From the NCBI GenBank assembly GCA_951406725.2, contig OX597816.1:121148001-121212000 (forward strand): 64,000 nucleotides of DNA, given 5' to 3'. A model generated the notes under the pieces. That model had not been told where the DNA came from. It did no database searches and saw nothing but the letters and a program-made list of their open reading frames with translations. The DNA is from Octopus vulgaris (Eukaryota). This document shows, piece after piece, positions 1-11,961 of this stretch. Positions within the stretch are counted from its first letter, which is position 1. Every line of letters begins with the position of its first letter. Made by a program: the position numbers and the translations under genes.

Positions 1-212
1 GTGTGTGTACGTGAGTATGTGTGAGTGTGTGTGTATTTGTGTGTCTTTGTCCTAACCCCATCGCTTGACAACCGATGCTGGTGTGTTTACGTCCCCGTAA
101 CTTAGCGACTCGGCAAAAGAGACTTACAAAGAATAAGTCCCGGGGTAGATTTATTTGACTTAAGGCGGTGCTCTGGTATGGCCACAATCAAATGACTGAA
201 GCTGGTAAAAGA
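1..212 (+). mobile_element. SINE family A, 3' half
   Basis: Matches the 3' half of the full copy at 9981-10390 (tcgcttgacaaccgatgctggtgtgtttacgtccccgtaacttagc...aaatgactgaa). Confidence 0.85.
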
Positions 213-235
213 AAAAAAAAGAATATATATATATT

Positions 236-560
236 GCTGAGACCCCTTTTGGTCATGACTGTCCCTGGGATTGCACCTAGAAAGTTACCCACCGAGGCAC
301 AAGTTTGGACAATGTTCTTTATGGAAGACCAGCATTCCGGCCTCCCTGCTCTATGCCACAAATGTTATCCAAGATAAAGGCAAAGGCCAATATATCCTGG
401 CACCTGTAACGTCGCAACTCGTTTCTACAGCTAAGTGAACTGGAGCAATGTGAAATAGACTGTCTTGCTCAAGAACACAACACGCATCCCGGTCCGGGAG
501 TCGAACTCACAACCTCACGATCGTAAGCTCGGCGCTCTAACCAGTGAATCATGCGCCTTC
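236..560 (-). mobile_element. tRNA-derived SINE family D
   Basis: Minus-strand tRNA-like head near 560 (A box ...cactggttagagcg, B box gagttcgactccc). Body gtgttcttgagcaag...atttcacattgctccagttcact is shared with 3957-4203 and 15256-15430. Confidence 0.75.
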
Positions 561-582
561 ACATACACATATACACAGAGAC

Positions 583-583
<1 letters not shown>

Positions 584-660
<77 letters not shown>

Positions 661-665
661 CAAAG

Positions 666-738
<73 letters not shown>

Positions 739-1026
739 GATAGACATAGAAAGTGACTATATATGCATAAATGCTTGTACGTTTATATGCATATATAAAG
801 ATTAATGCTTGTGTTGAAAGACGCATACATACATATGTACATACATACACACACATACATACATACATACACACATACATACATGCATAGACACATACAT
901 ACATAATACATACGTACATACATAAATACATATATACATACATACAAACATACATACATTCATTCATACATACATACATACATACATACATACATACATA
1001 CATACATACATACATACATACATACA
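584..1026. repeat. Compound microsatellite (CA)n-(TA)n-(GATA)n-(CATA)n, representative of dozens across the window
   Basis: Directly visible. It produces the THTH, YIYI, YLSI and MYVC pseudo-ORFs. Confidence 0.97.
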
Positions 1027-1829
1027 GATCTACCGTAATGGACATTCCTTTCAAGATGGTCAACGGGATTTCAACATTTTACTATAGACTTCAACCACTT
1101 TCTCTTTCTCTAATCCGCACTTCCTGTCTCTCTTATTCTCTTTCTATCGATCGATTTATCTATTTGCTTAATGTATGTATATGTGTGTACGTGTGTGAAT
1201 GTGTATGCTTGTGTTCGTGCTTGTGTGTATATGTAAGCATGTATGAATTGATGTATGTATGCATGTATAAATGAATGCAGATCTTTCTCTTTAGCATGTT
1301 ACGTCCACAACACCTGGCATTCGGAAACATGAAAGTGGTTGTGGAATATACAGTTCGTATAATAACAGCTTTGTTGAAACATTCCAGGTCAAGCTCCTCT
1401 GTGTAGCCTGGTAAACAAGAATATATAAAAATACAAGCAACAGCATTAGTAAGAATAACCACATCCGGTAATGCGACTACGACATAAACATTAGTGGTAA
1501 GGCACACAGGAAAGAGGGAAAATCCATTTTAGACATGCTAAATGTATTTAAAATTTTCAGGGACATCTACTATCATTATGAAAGCATTATCCTGATCGAC
1601 ATGTCAGCATACTAACTCCTCCGAGTTCTGTCACTGAATAATGACAGACAAAATTCATGACACTGAAACGGTGCAAACAACCATTTAAAATTCCAGATTC
1701 CTACTAAATCCACAAGATAATTGCTCATTCCTCGATGGAGAAAAATGAGAGATTCTATATTGCTGAACAGATATACTCCATTCCTTTCTTCAATTTCATT
1801 GACTAGGCTGCAGTTACGCTACCATATAC

Positions 1830-2520
1830 TTTTCTCTCTGGCGCGAAATCCTCTTGCGATCAAACACTGCTAGAGACCTTGGAGTAACCGTTGATGACTT
1901 AGCTGGAGTGCTCGCATAAACAGCAAAATTGACGCGGACCGACGGTGTAAGGAATGCTCCTACCATTATCCTATTCTTCTCTACCTTCGCTCTTCCTCAC
2001 CTTGAATACTGGAGTCCGCTGTCGTCTCCCCAAACAAAACAATTTATTATAAAATTTAAAGCCGAGATAGTCACAACAAAAGAATTGTCAACGTACGAGG
2101 ACTTAATTACTGGGTTCGGCTCTTGAAGCCCAAACTCCAACTCGAACCCTCAGAAAAAGGCTACAGCTGCCATCCTCATTTGCACGAATTGTGCAGACTG
2201 AAGAAAAGAAGGAACTGCCATCTTCATCAGTGGTCTCCTTACTGAGGATGCAAAGGGTATATTATCAAGTGGTTCCTTGGAAACACCGAACTCAGTCATA
2301 AAGCAATCATAATTAACTAATAATCACTGACATGATCTGTGCGAAATAAAGCTAATGACCAAACTGCAAGCCACCTTAAGCATCTTCTCATTGTTTCCAA
2401 AGGTATCCCAAGAAAACCAACTTTTCCTCCAAACAATTTGTGAAACAGATTACTGATGGGCGAATTTAGCGATCGTTATATGGATTGGTCAACCAATTCT
2501 TTGAAATCTATTAATTGCAC
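1830..2520 (+). mobile_element. Degenerate CR1-group LINE, ORF2 C-terminal region
   Basis: Translates to RDLGVTVDD and FFSTFALPHLEYWSPLSSP, resembling the CR1 motifs RDLGV and RPHLEY..P.WSP, with frameshifts. Confidence 0.7.
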
Positions 2521-2880
2521 CTTTACCTCAATTAAAACCCCAGAAGAAAATAATTTAACATTTCGACTATTTGACTGTTATGGGTCATGCTCGAGTTATC
2601 AATGTACAAAGGTTTCTAACTTAGGAACAAGACCAGCAATTCTGCGGGGAGAGGGTTAAGCTTTTCAGTAGTAGTATCCCTATTTCAGTTTGGGAAACTT
2701 TTTCCAGTGCATGATACAGTACACAGTGACCTTTATATCTAGCATTCCTAACCCAAATCAAGCACCCTCATTTCGGTACGCGCATTTGACTATATGGATC
2801 TGCACAAAACAAACTGGGGAGCAATTATACATGACCTATCGTTTGTCGACCGGTCTTTCACACACACAAGCATAAACTAC

Positions 2881-2946
<66 letters not shown>

Positions 2947-3889
2947 ACATATACACATAAACACACATATACGCAAACAAAAATGCTTTTTCATGCATCA
3001 AAGCCACTTGACAGATGTTTGAGACTATGGTTACCAATATATGCCCAAACCACACCCGACACAGGACCTGTAAATAGAAATGGAAGTAGGATCCCTAGAG
3101 AAAAATATAATTATAGAAAATAAAAAGAGCTTAATTAGATGAAGAAAATAAGAAAACTATGCAACCCTCATCCATACACAACCACTGGGCCTGTGTGTGA
3201 TCGCTCAGAACAGCCAAGCTCTTCCCCAACGAATGGTATACATACATGCAAGGCCGTTCCATCTTAACAGCATTACAGGTTCCCGGGACAATTAAATGCT
3301 CTGGGGATAAATATTTTGACAGCAAGCAACAGCATATGTAAATTAGAACTGGGTCCCTAGACCTGTGTGAGGCCCCCTGGCAACTGTCCTGTGAGCCCAT
3401 GCCTTAAGGCAGCACTGCATACATGTAGTTCCTGATTTTCATTGTTACTGAGAATAAATGTGCAAGTCATCGTTTTGATTCTCACTGTTCACCGTGCAAA
3501 GAATGATTCATTATCGGCTGGCTTGTAATAACTGTTCGCTGAAATTATAGACAAGACCATCGGTTCTTTTTAGATTTATTGGTCGGGATACTTCAGACTA
3601 ACGAGACGCAATATACCTAAATGACGGTGTCCCACAATTCTTTGTGCTAATGAATCAAGTGCAATATGAACATAAGTAGTCGGGAAGGGAGAAGCTTTTC
3701 TCCCGTAACGAATACATCAGCAACTAGCATATTTACGTTCGAATCTGCTGGAACATATTAAACAAATAAGTCACCGTTTCAATTCCCGCTGATTACTGGG
3801 AAAATAACGATTTACTATTATTAAACATTTCCAAGAAAGATGGAAACGAAATGATTATTGCAATAAAATTTAAGCGTTTACATATATAT

Positions 3890-4360
3890 AGGCGCAGGTG
3901 TGGCTGTGTGGTGAGTATCTTGCTTCCCAATCACGTGGTTCCTGGTTCAGTTCCAGTTAAAGATAAAGTTTCCTTCTTGTATCATACTGACTCATAAGGG
4001 TCAGTTTCTCGGTTTCATGGCGTATATATTCCCCACCTGGATGGAATGCTGAACCATCACAGGATTACTCATTTTTGCCTGCTGAGTGGACTGGAGCAAC
4101 GTGAAATGAAGTGTTTTGCTCAAGAATACATCGTGTCGACCACTCCAGGAATAGAAACCACTATCTTACGATCATGAGTCCAACACCCTAACCACTAAGG
4201 CACTTCAGTTCCAGAGTGTGGCACCTTGAGCAAGTGTCCTCTACTACAGCATCAGGACCACCACAGCCTCGTGACCGGATCTGCTAGACGAAGACGGAAA
4301 GAGGTCTGTCGTATTTACCTACCTACATGTATGTGTGTGTGTGTGTGTTTGTGTCCATGT
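3890..4360 (+). mobile_element. SINE family A 5' part interrupted by an antisense SINE D (3957-4203)
   Basis: An 11-bp TSD ttcagttccag at 3946-3956 and 4204-4214 flanks the insert. Confidence 0.85.
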
Positions 4361-4369
4361 TCGGGCTAA

Positions 4370-4845
4370 ATTTGACATTCTGCATAAAAGGAAAGCCCGG
4401 TATCCCATCCAAAAATAAAAGTATTTTTAAAATCCCCAAGATATCAACCACATTTTACTCAAAGTAGCCACCCTCAGCTTCCATCACGACCTCAAGACAG
4501 CTCCTGGCTCATGTGTCCTTCACTGTGCCTCAGGGTAAATCTTCCAACACTTCCTTGATCTTAAGCACCACTTCACGGTTGGTATAGTTCTTAACCGCGC
4601 CCCACATATAGCTAAATAATGGAATCACAATCGGATGAATTAGGAGTCTAGAAATTGGGGCTGGTGAACTCGCAGAAATTCTCCGACAACCACTTCTGGT
4701 GACAAAGAGCCGAAACTTGTTGCCTTCCACCAGCAACCACTCTCTACCGAGGTTTTATCACACCTTCCAGCAGCTTCCCATAGCCGTCTGAATTGAGCCT
4801 AAGCTTCTGTTCAAAGTTGTGGAGATGAATCCCGGCGTGCGGATG
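4370..4845 (-). mobile_element. Tc1/mariner (maT/DD37D-like) transposase 3' remnant
   Basis: Minus strand gives LRLNSDGYGKLLEGVIKP, KWLSENFCEFTSPNF*TPNSSDC, YMWGAVKNYTNR and LEVVMEAEGGYFE*. Homologous to the element at 52896-54166. Confidence 0.85.
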
Positions 4846-5806
4846 CAATCAAAACCCTTGTCGTGTCCCTTACTGATGGTCACAGTTTCGCAATCCCTGT
4901 TGCAGCTCCCCATGTTTCATCTTACAGTCTTTACAGTGTTCCCAGAGCATTTATCAACTGTCAAAATATCGGCATTTTGACACACAGCACGAATCGTCAT
5001 GATAAAAGTAACTCTCCTAATAGTCAGATGGTTTCTAGTCCTCGATGTCACCAAACGTTTTCTTAACAACTTTAATCTGTACAACTTTGAATACTTAAAA
5101 AGTGAGAACAACACTGCCATTTAATACCACACAATTTCACTACAAGACGCGGTATGACAGTCAAGGCACTCCCGCCAGCAACATGTCAAGGCACAATATC
5201 TGTTTTAACAGAAATGCATAGGTGACAGGTGTAAATAACTGTGCAATACACTTTTATTTATATTTCTCACACCCAAAATAAAACCACTTTGGCATGAAAT
5301 ATTTTGCATATTTTCCCTTTATTAAAATTGCCGTTCATCTGAAGACTACAAGCAAAACATATTTCTATTTATATTCACAAATCTATACATATATGTGCAT
5401 TTATAGGTGTAACACAGGCGTCTTGGAAATTTTTAATGCGCTATTTTCTTAAAAATATATTCAATAAAAATTTTTATACTTTTTTTATGTAACAATATAT
5501 GCTCATATATAGAGCATATATTATTTGAAAGTCCAAATGGTGAGTATTAAAGCGAGCTTTAAATTCCTAAACAATACTCGCCTTGGGATCAGGAGTACAT
5601 GAATCAGTGTCTCACACAGGCTCAGCTTAAAACTAATATGATTGTACTCTACCTAACAGTATTGAGTAATTTTCTCAGCTTAATTGCAGTTCACACCAGT
5701 GTAATACAGCCATTTCTTTTACACGCACGCTCACACAACACACATTCACACATATACACACATACATATCTGCATATTCCTACTATTCCTATATACACGT
5801 ATCTAA

Positions 5807-5858
<52 letters not shown>

Positions 5859-5973
5859 TTATTAATATATCTGATTTGTGGTGAATTTATGGAAATAAAT
5901 CCCATAAAACTCATCAATTTAGTTAAAAATGGAGAAGACAAGTTGTTAAAATATATAAGAGGATTTTAATTCA

Positions 5974-6104
5974 TACAGACGATCGTTTGGTGCTCAGATA
6001 TAAAAATCATGCAAATTCATGATCGAATGGAATTAGATTAAATGAATTAAATGAATGAATGAATGAATGAATGAATTATATATATCAATGTACTCTTCAG
6101 TGCA
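5974..6104 (-). ncRNA. Hammerhead ribozyme, degenerate inverted copy
   Basis: Reverse complement of 6763-6881, but GAAA is changed to CAAA and stem II is disrupted. Confidence 0.65.
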
Positions 6105-6762
6105 GGAAGTATAAACAAAATATAATTTTAAAATTATAGGTATATTATATACTAAAGAAAGATATAATTTCTTTTATCCAGACCTATGGAAAGAAAAAGA
6201 GGTGTAGGGAGAGATAGACAAAGTGATAGCCCTATAGCCTTTCTGATTTATATTTAATACATACTAACGAATATTAGCTTTAATGCATACATAAGTCCCT
6301 ATTACACATCTTATTCGCTTTTTTATCCTTTTTACCTCTCTAACACTTGTTTACGTTAACTATATAGTATTATCTCTTTACATACTACCTCCCCATGATT
6401 AGCTTCATTCGCATGTTTAAAGTTTTTTAAAAAATACATCACACTACGTAATGTTTTCAACTGTCAGGTCATATCTTAATTCAAATATAGAAATGTCTTT
6501 CCATTGGACATTTCTGATGCAATTTTTTGCCCTACGCTACTTATTTGGAGCTTAAAATTCATAATCCCCTTACTCATCTATAGAGGAAACGTCTCTGATA
6601 CGTCTTTAGTTATATTTTCAAATAACCGTTATAGTTTTTAGTTATAGTTAATATCTAACTTGACTCATATCTCTTTCTCATAAGGATAAATATTAATCTC
6701 CTAGATTCTATTCTTCTGCTATTTCATTTCTCAAGTTCATTGTAAATTTTGTTTATACTTCC

Positions 6763-6881
6763 TGCACTGAAGAGTACATTCATATACATAATTAATTAAT
6801 TCATTTAATTAATTTAATCTAATCCAATTCGATCATGAATTTGCATGATTTTTATGTCTGTGTACGAAACGATCGTCTGCA
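6763..6881 (+). ncRNA. Type I hammerhead ribozyme (PLE pLTR type)
   Basis: tgca-CTGAAGA-gtaca...tgtac-GAAA-cgatc-GTC^tgca. Stem I tgca/tgca, stem II gtaca/tgtac with a long AT-rich loop, palindromic stem III ACGATCGT. Confidence 0.85.
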
Positions 6882-6978
6882 TGAAATATATATATTCTCT
6901 TATATATTTTAACAACTTGTCTTCTCCCTTTTTTAAACTAAATTGATGAGATTTATGAGATTTCTCTCCATAAATTCA

Positions 6979-7030
<52 letters not shown>

Positions 7031-8059
7031 GATAGATAGATAGACAAACAGACAGATAGATAGATGTGAGAATAGTAGGAATCTGCATATATGTATGTGT
7101 GCGTGTGTATGCATGTATGTGTGTGCGTGCACGTGTGTTTTGTGTGTGCGTGCGTGATGCGTGCGTGCGTGTAAAAAAATAGTTGTATTACACTGGTGTG
7201 AATTGCAATTAATCTGAGAATATTACTCAATACTGTTAGGTAGAGTACAATCATATTAGTTTTAAGCTGAGCCTGTGTGAGACACTGATTAATGTACTCC
7301 TGATCCTAAGACGAGTATTATTTAGGAATTTAAACTCACCTTTTGAACCGTCAAGATTTCCATTGAAAAAGAACTTAGAAAAAAATCATGTTCCATATAT
7401 GAGCATATGCTATTATATAAAAATAAAAAGTATAGAAATTTTTATTGAATATATTTTTAGGAAAATAGCACATTAAAAATGTCTAAGACGCCTATAAAGG
7501 CACATATATGTATAGATTTGTGAATATAAATAGAAATATGTTTTGCTTGTAATCTTCAGATGACGGGCAACTTTTAATAAAGGGAAAATATGCAATATAT
7601 TTCATATAAAGTGGTTTTATTTTGGGTATGGTTTATGATTAAGAAATATAAATAAAAGTCTATCGCCCATATATTTACCCCTTTCACCAATGTATTTCTT
7701 GTGAAACAGGTATTGTGCCTTGACATGTTGCTGATGGGAGTGCCTTGACTATCATATCGTATCTTGTAGTGAAATTGTGTGGTGTTAAATGGCAGTGTTG
7801 TTCTCACTTTTTAAGTATTCAAAGCTTGAGCATACAGATTAAAGTTGATGTTGAGAAAACGTTTGGTGACATTGAGGACTAGAAACCATCTGACTATTAG
7901 GAAAGTTACTTTTATCATGACGATTCGTGCTGTGTGTCAAAATGCCGACATTTTGACTGCTGATAAATGCTCTGGGAACACTGTAAAGACTGTAGGATGT
8001 AACATGGGGAGCTGCAACAGGGATTGCGAAACTGTGACCATCAGTAAGGGACACCATTA

Positions 8060-8491
8060 TTAGAGTTAATACTTTAGTGATTCAGAAAAATACATTTAAA
8101 AAAAAACAAAAAAAAAAACATTACAATACCTAGAAAGTAAAAAAATTATATAAAGTAATATATAAAAATATATCACGTGATCACGTGACCGACCAGACCA
8201 TCAGATGTTGTTACACATCGCTGGTCATAATGCGTTCGCATTGTTTTAGCCTTCGAATGATGCCACCCCGCTGGCTAAGCGAGCAGGCCAACAGACGAAA
8301 GAGTGAGAGAAAGAGTGGTGAAAGAGTACAGCAGGGATCACCACCCTCTGCCGGAGCCTCGTGGAGCTTTTAGGTGTTTTCGCTCAATAAACACACACAA
8401 CGCCCGGTCTGGGAATCGAAACCGCGATCCTACGACCGCGAGTCCGCTGCCCTAACCACTGTAATATATAAAAATATATAGATATATAAAA

Positions 8492-8541
<50 letters not shown>

Positions 8542-8785
8542 AGCATATAAAAAATATATAATATATATCATGTAAATAAAATAAAAGTTCATCGTTTAGA
8601 GATCTTATGAAATTATTATTCAAGTAAAAGAAGCCTTATAGTTAAAAAGGAAACCATATTTTAATATGGTTCCCTTTTTAACTATAAGGCTTCTCTTACT
8701 TGAATAATAATTTCATAAGATCTCTAAACGATGAACTTTTATTTTATTTACATGATATATATTATATATTTTTTATATGCTCCTA

Positions 8786-8816
<31 letters not shown>

Positions 8817-8945
8817 TATATATTTTTATATACTTATATATTTTTATATATTACTTTATATTATATTTTTACTTTCTAGGTATTGTAATGTTTTTTGGGT
8901 TTTTTTTTAATGTATTTTTCTGAATCGCTAAAGTATTAACTCTAA
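8060..8945. repeat. Near-perfect AT-rich palindrome (arms about 285 bp, 2-nt spacer at 8661-8662)
   Basis: Centre is accatatt-tt-aatatggt and ends are ttagagttaatactttag / ctaaagtattaactctaa. The left arm is interrupted by a SINE. Confidence 0.92.
8174..8460 (-). mobile_element. tRNA-derived SINE family C
   Basis: Homologous to 10400-10682. A 19-bp TSD gtaatatataaaaatatat lies at 8155-8173 and 8461-8479. Confidence 0.9.
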
Positions 8946-8977
8946 ACTGTGATGAAAAAAAATTTTTTTCTCGCACC

Positions 8978-9016
<39 letters not shown>

Positions 9017-9227
9017 GCTTGTATGCTTGTACAGATGAATTATGTTCCATCTTGTGGGATGTTTATATGTATATTCTATGATTAAATGTTCGAATTATGA
9101 AATGCTATGCGGATGACTTTGCATTTGTTTGTTCAATAACTTTAGTTTGATATTTTTGTCTCTTTCAATAGAGCACTTCTATAGCAGTCCTATTAATTTT
9201 TTTGTTCCTGACAAGAAACAATCACTG

Positions 9228-9292
<65 letters not shown>

Positions 9293-9344
9293 TACATACG
9301 TATATGTACATACTTATATTTATACGTATCTATATATATGTATA

Positions 9345-9960
9345 TGTATATGTCGGCACAGGACGTCACGAAACACGCATACAACAGAAATACGAAGTAT
9401 GAGTACATGGAATATGAACTATTTTTTTCGAACAACGAAAGACACAAATGGAAAACAAGACAAACAACATAAAGAACGTCCCTTCATCAGTTGTTGGCTG
9501 TTTTTTCTACTCTCGTATTTCGAGCATTTAACAAAAAGCTCCCGCGAAGCAAATTAAATAAAATTTGAGATTTTGCTGAAGGTCAAAATTGGTAACACAA
9601 ACAGGACAGTGAAAACAAACAGTAAGGAATGCTAAGCCTAAAGTAGGTTGTGGTGGCGAACGCGTAAATCAAGCTTGGCAATGGACAGACAAGAACACAT
9701 TTTCCTTGTTCCAATTACAAGGTGAGAAAGAAAGAAACACAAGTTAGGAGAAGTAACAAAGATGACCGATGCCACGTGAGCAAGGAGGGAGGAATGAGGG
9801 AGAGAGTGATAGAATAATAGGATAGAATAGTGGGAGAAGAGGATGTAAAAGAATAATAGAGAGAAAGCGAGAAAAACGAAAGAGTAAAAAGATCGTATAG
9901 AGTGCTCATCAGAATTAAGATAAAACTTATTTGGAAGAGTATGCGTGGCGTTCAGTCATA
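9345..9960 (-). mobile_element. Probable PLE pLTR/3' UTR remnant with permuted HHR-like motif
   Basis: Homologous to 34540-35190. Pyrimidine-rich leader followed by a structured GAAA...CTGATGA region on the minus strand. Confidence 0.5.
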
Positions 9961-9980
9961 TAATAATATAAATAATATTT

Positions 9981-10390
9981 GGAGTGGCTGTGTGGTAAGT
10001 AGCTTGCTTACGAACCACATGGTTCCGGGTTCAGTCCCACTGCGTGGCACCTTGGGCAAGTGTCTTCTACTATAGCCTCGGGCCGACCAAAGCCTTGTGA
10101 GTGGATTTGGTAGACGGAAACTGAAAGAAGCCCGTCGTATATATGTATATATATATATATTTGTATGTGTGTGTATATGTTTGTGTGTCTGTGTTTGTCA
10201 CCCCAACATCGCTTGACAACCGATGCTGATGTGTTTACCTCACCGTAACTTAGCGGTTCGGTAAAAGGAGCCCGATAGAATAAGTACTAGGCTTACAATG
10301 AATAAGTGCTGGGGTCGATTTGCTCGACTAAAGGCGGTGCTCAAGCATGGCCGCAGTCAAATGACTGAAACAAATAAGATAGTAAAATAG
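9981..10390 (+). mobile_element. SINE family A, full length (tRNA head, CORE-like segment, internal TA/TG microsatellite, LINE-like tail)
   Basis: A box tggctgtgtggtaag, B box ggttcagtccc, CORE-like ccttgggcaagtgtctt. More than ten copies or fragments occur in the window. Confidence 0.9.
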
Positions 10391-10399
10391 TAAATATAT

Positions 10400-10681
10400 C
10401 ACCGTGATCACCGTAACCGACCAGGCTATGAGATGTTGCTACACATTGTTTTAGCCTTCAAATGACGCCACCCCGCTGGCTAAGCGAGTAGGCCAACAGA
10501 TGAAAGAGAAAAAGTTGCGGCGAAAGAGTACAGCAGGGACCGCCACCACCCCCTTCCGGAGCCTCGTGGAGCTTTAGGTGATTTTGCTCAATAAACACTC
10601 TCAACGCCCGGTTTGGGAATCGAAACCGCGATCCTACAACCACGAGTCCGCTGCCCTAATCACTGGGCCATTGCGCCTCCA

Positions 10682-10682
<1 letters not shown>
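10400..10682 (-). mobile_element. tRNA-derived SINE family C
   Basis: Minus-strand head ggaggcgcaatggcccagtgattagggcagcgg...ggtttcgattccc. Second copy at 8174-8460. Confidence 0.88.
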
Positions 10683-10747
<65 letters not shown>

Positions 10748-10749
10748 TG

Positions 10750-11448
10750 TGTGGATATAATTCCAACCCATCATACAATCATAATAATAGGAATAGTATT
10801 AATAGTAACAGCATTAGTAGCAGCGAAAGTGTTAACAATGATAATATTAATAATAGTCGTGTTAATAACAATGGTAGTGTTGATGGTAACAACAATAACG
10901 GTATTATTGTCGGTGGTATTACTGGTTGTAATACCATTAATAATACTAATAATAATAGAAATAGTGTAGTTGTTAGCGCTAACAATAATAGTAACAACAA
11001 TCATAACAATAAAAACTTCGTTTCGATCTCGGAGGACAACCCCAACAGAATTAAATTTTTGTCTAGTAATTCTAAGATTAAGAATTCTATTTACCAGTGT
11101 AGAATTTCTTCCGGTACCGATGTCTTCTTCTATATAGGAGCGTCCACTTCCCAGTTATCCAAGAGAATTTCAAACTACTATTCAACGTTCAGGGATAGTA
11201 AAAAACGACATGGTACAGGGCTAAGTAAATTAGTTTGGCGTCTTAAAGACAACAATATAATTTTTAAGTCAGATTGGTTCATACTGTCTGTATCCTTTCC
11301 TTTTGATAAGGACAGGAGATTTTGTAACATTTGTAACTCTGAACTCTTCCATATTCTTTTCTCTAAGGTTCCCCTAGTAAACACCCTCATAGAAAAATCA
11401 TACAAATGTAAACACTGGCAGAAACACACTTTCTACTCATATAAATGA
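10750..11448 (+). pseudogene. PLE GIY-YIG endonuclease ORF with Asn-rich N-terminus and no reverse transcriptase
   Basis: SIYQC...FFYIGAST.QLSKR...F...TGLSKLVWRLK...W.I...CNICNSE...LVN...KCKH is the PLE GIY-YIG pattern with the C-terminal CxxC..E..N..CxH motif. The domain spans about 11083-11445 and is followed by an HHR. Confidence 0.82.
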
Positions 11449-11727
11449 TAACGATAGTCACTGTGGTTTGAACAATTAGCTTTACGTCCACCCCACTTCT
11501 ATAGAGAAATTCTTTCCTAAGCCTTCGAACATTCTTTCAATCAACGTACCCTACCCTCTCCACTTGTTCCCTACCTATTATTACTTTATCCCTTCTCTTC
11601 GTACTATCTATTTTTTACGTCAATTCTTCTAACGGTTTTTTAAAAAAGACACTCATTATCGCTTTGTTTACCATGTAGGCAATCATCGAAATTTTTGTTT
11701 GTCTTGTTGTCGAGAGAGGCTCCCTTT

Positions 11728-11809
11728 CTTTCCTGATGAGAAGATTGCATAATGCACCCTTTATTCCTTTGGAACGAAAACATGCTGTCTTCGAAACATG
11801 TGTCGAGAG
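11728..11809 (+). ncRNA. Type I hammerhead ribozyme in PLE 3' pLTR
   Basis: ctttc-CTGATGA-gaagattgcat...atgctgtcttc-GAAA-catgt-GTC^gagag. All three stems pair, and it lies 280 bp downstream of the GIY-YIG stop. Confidence 0.88.
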
Positions 11810-11856
11810 TAAAGGAATTTTGTTAACATCTTCGTTCGACTCCATTCTTTCATTTA

Positions 11857-11895
<39 letters not shown>

Positions 11896-11961
11896 GTGTT
11901 GTAATTTAACAGACAGGCTAATTCTCATGGTAGGTTAAAACATCAACTCTACGGCAGATAG

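Larger units (their letters stand above)
4863..8054. repeat. Long inverted repeat: arms 4863-6121 and 6746-8054, spacer about 620 bp
   Basis: The arms align throughout as reverse complements (gtgtcccttactgatggtcacagtttcgcaatcc / ggattgcgaaactgtgaccatcagtaagggacac at the outer ends). ORFs 4863..5066+ and 7839..8057- are near-identical. Confidence 0.95.

Noticed and set aside
7845-8063. Cys-rich ORF ending CSGNTVKTVGCNMGSCNRDCE, reminiscent of a TSP1 repeat
   Set aside because: It lacks the WSxW and CSxTCG motifs, the frame is broken in the other arm, and no splice structure is convincing.
9981-10055. tRNA genes at SINE heads
   Set aside because: They have A and B boxes but continue into multi-copy SINE bodies and lack a proper acceptor stem.
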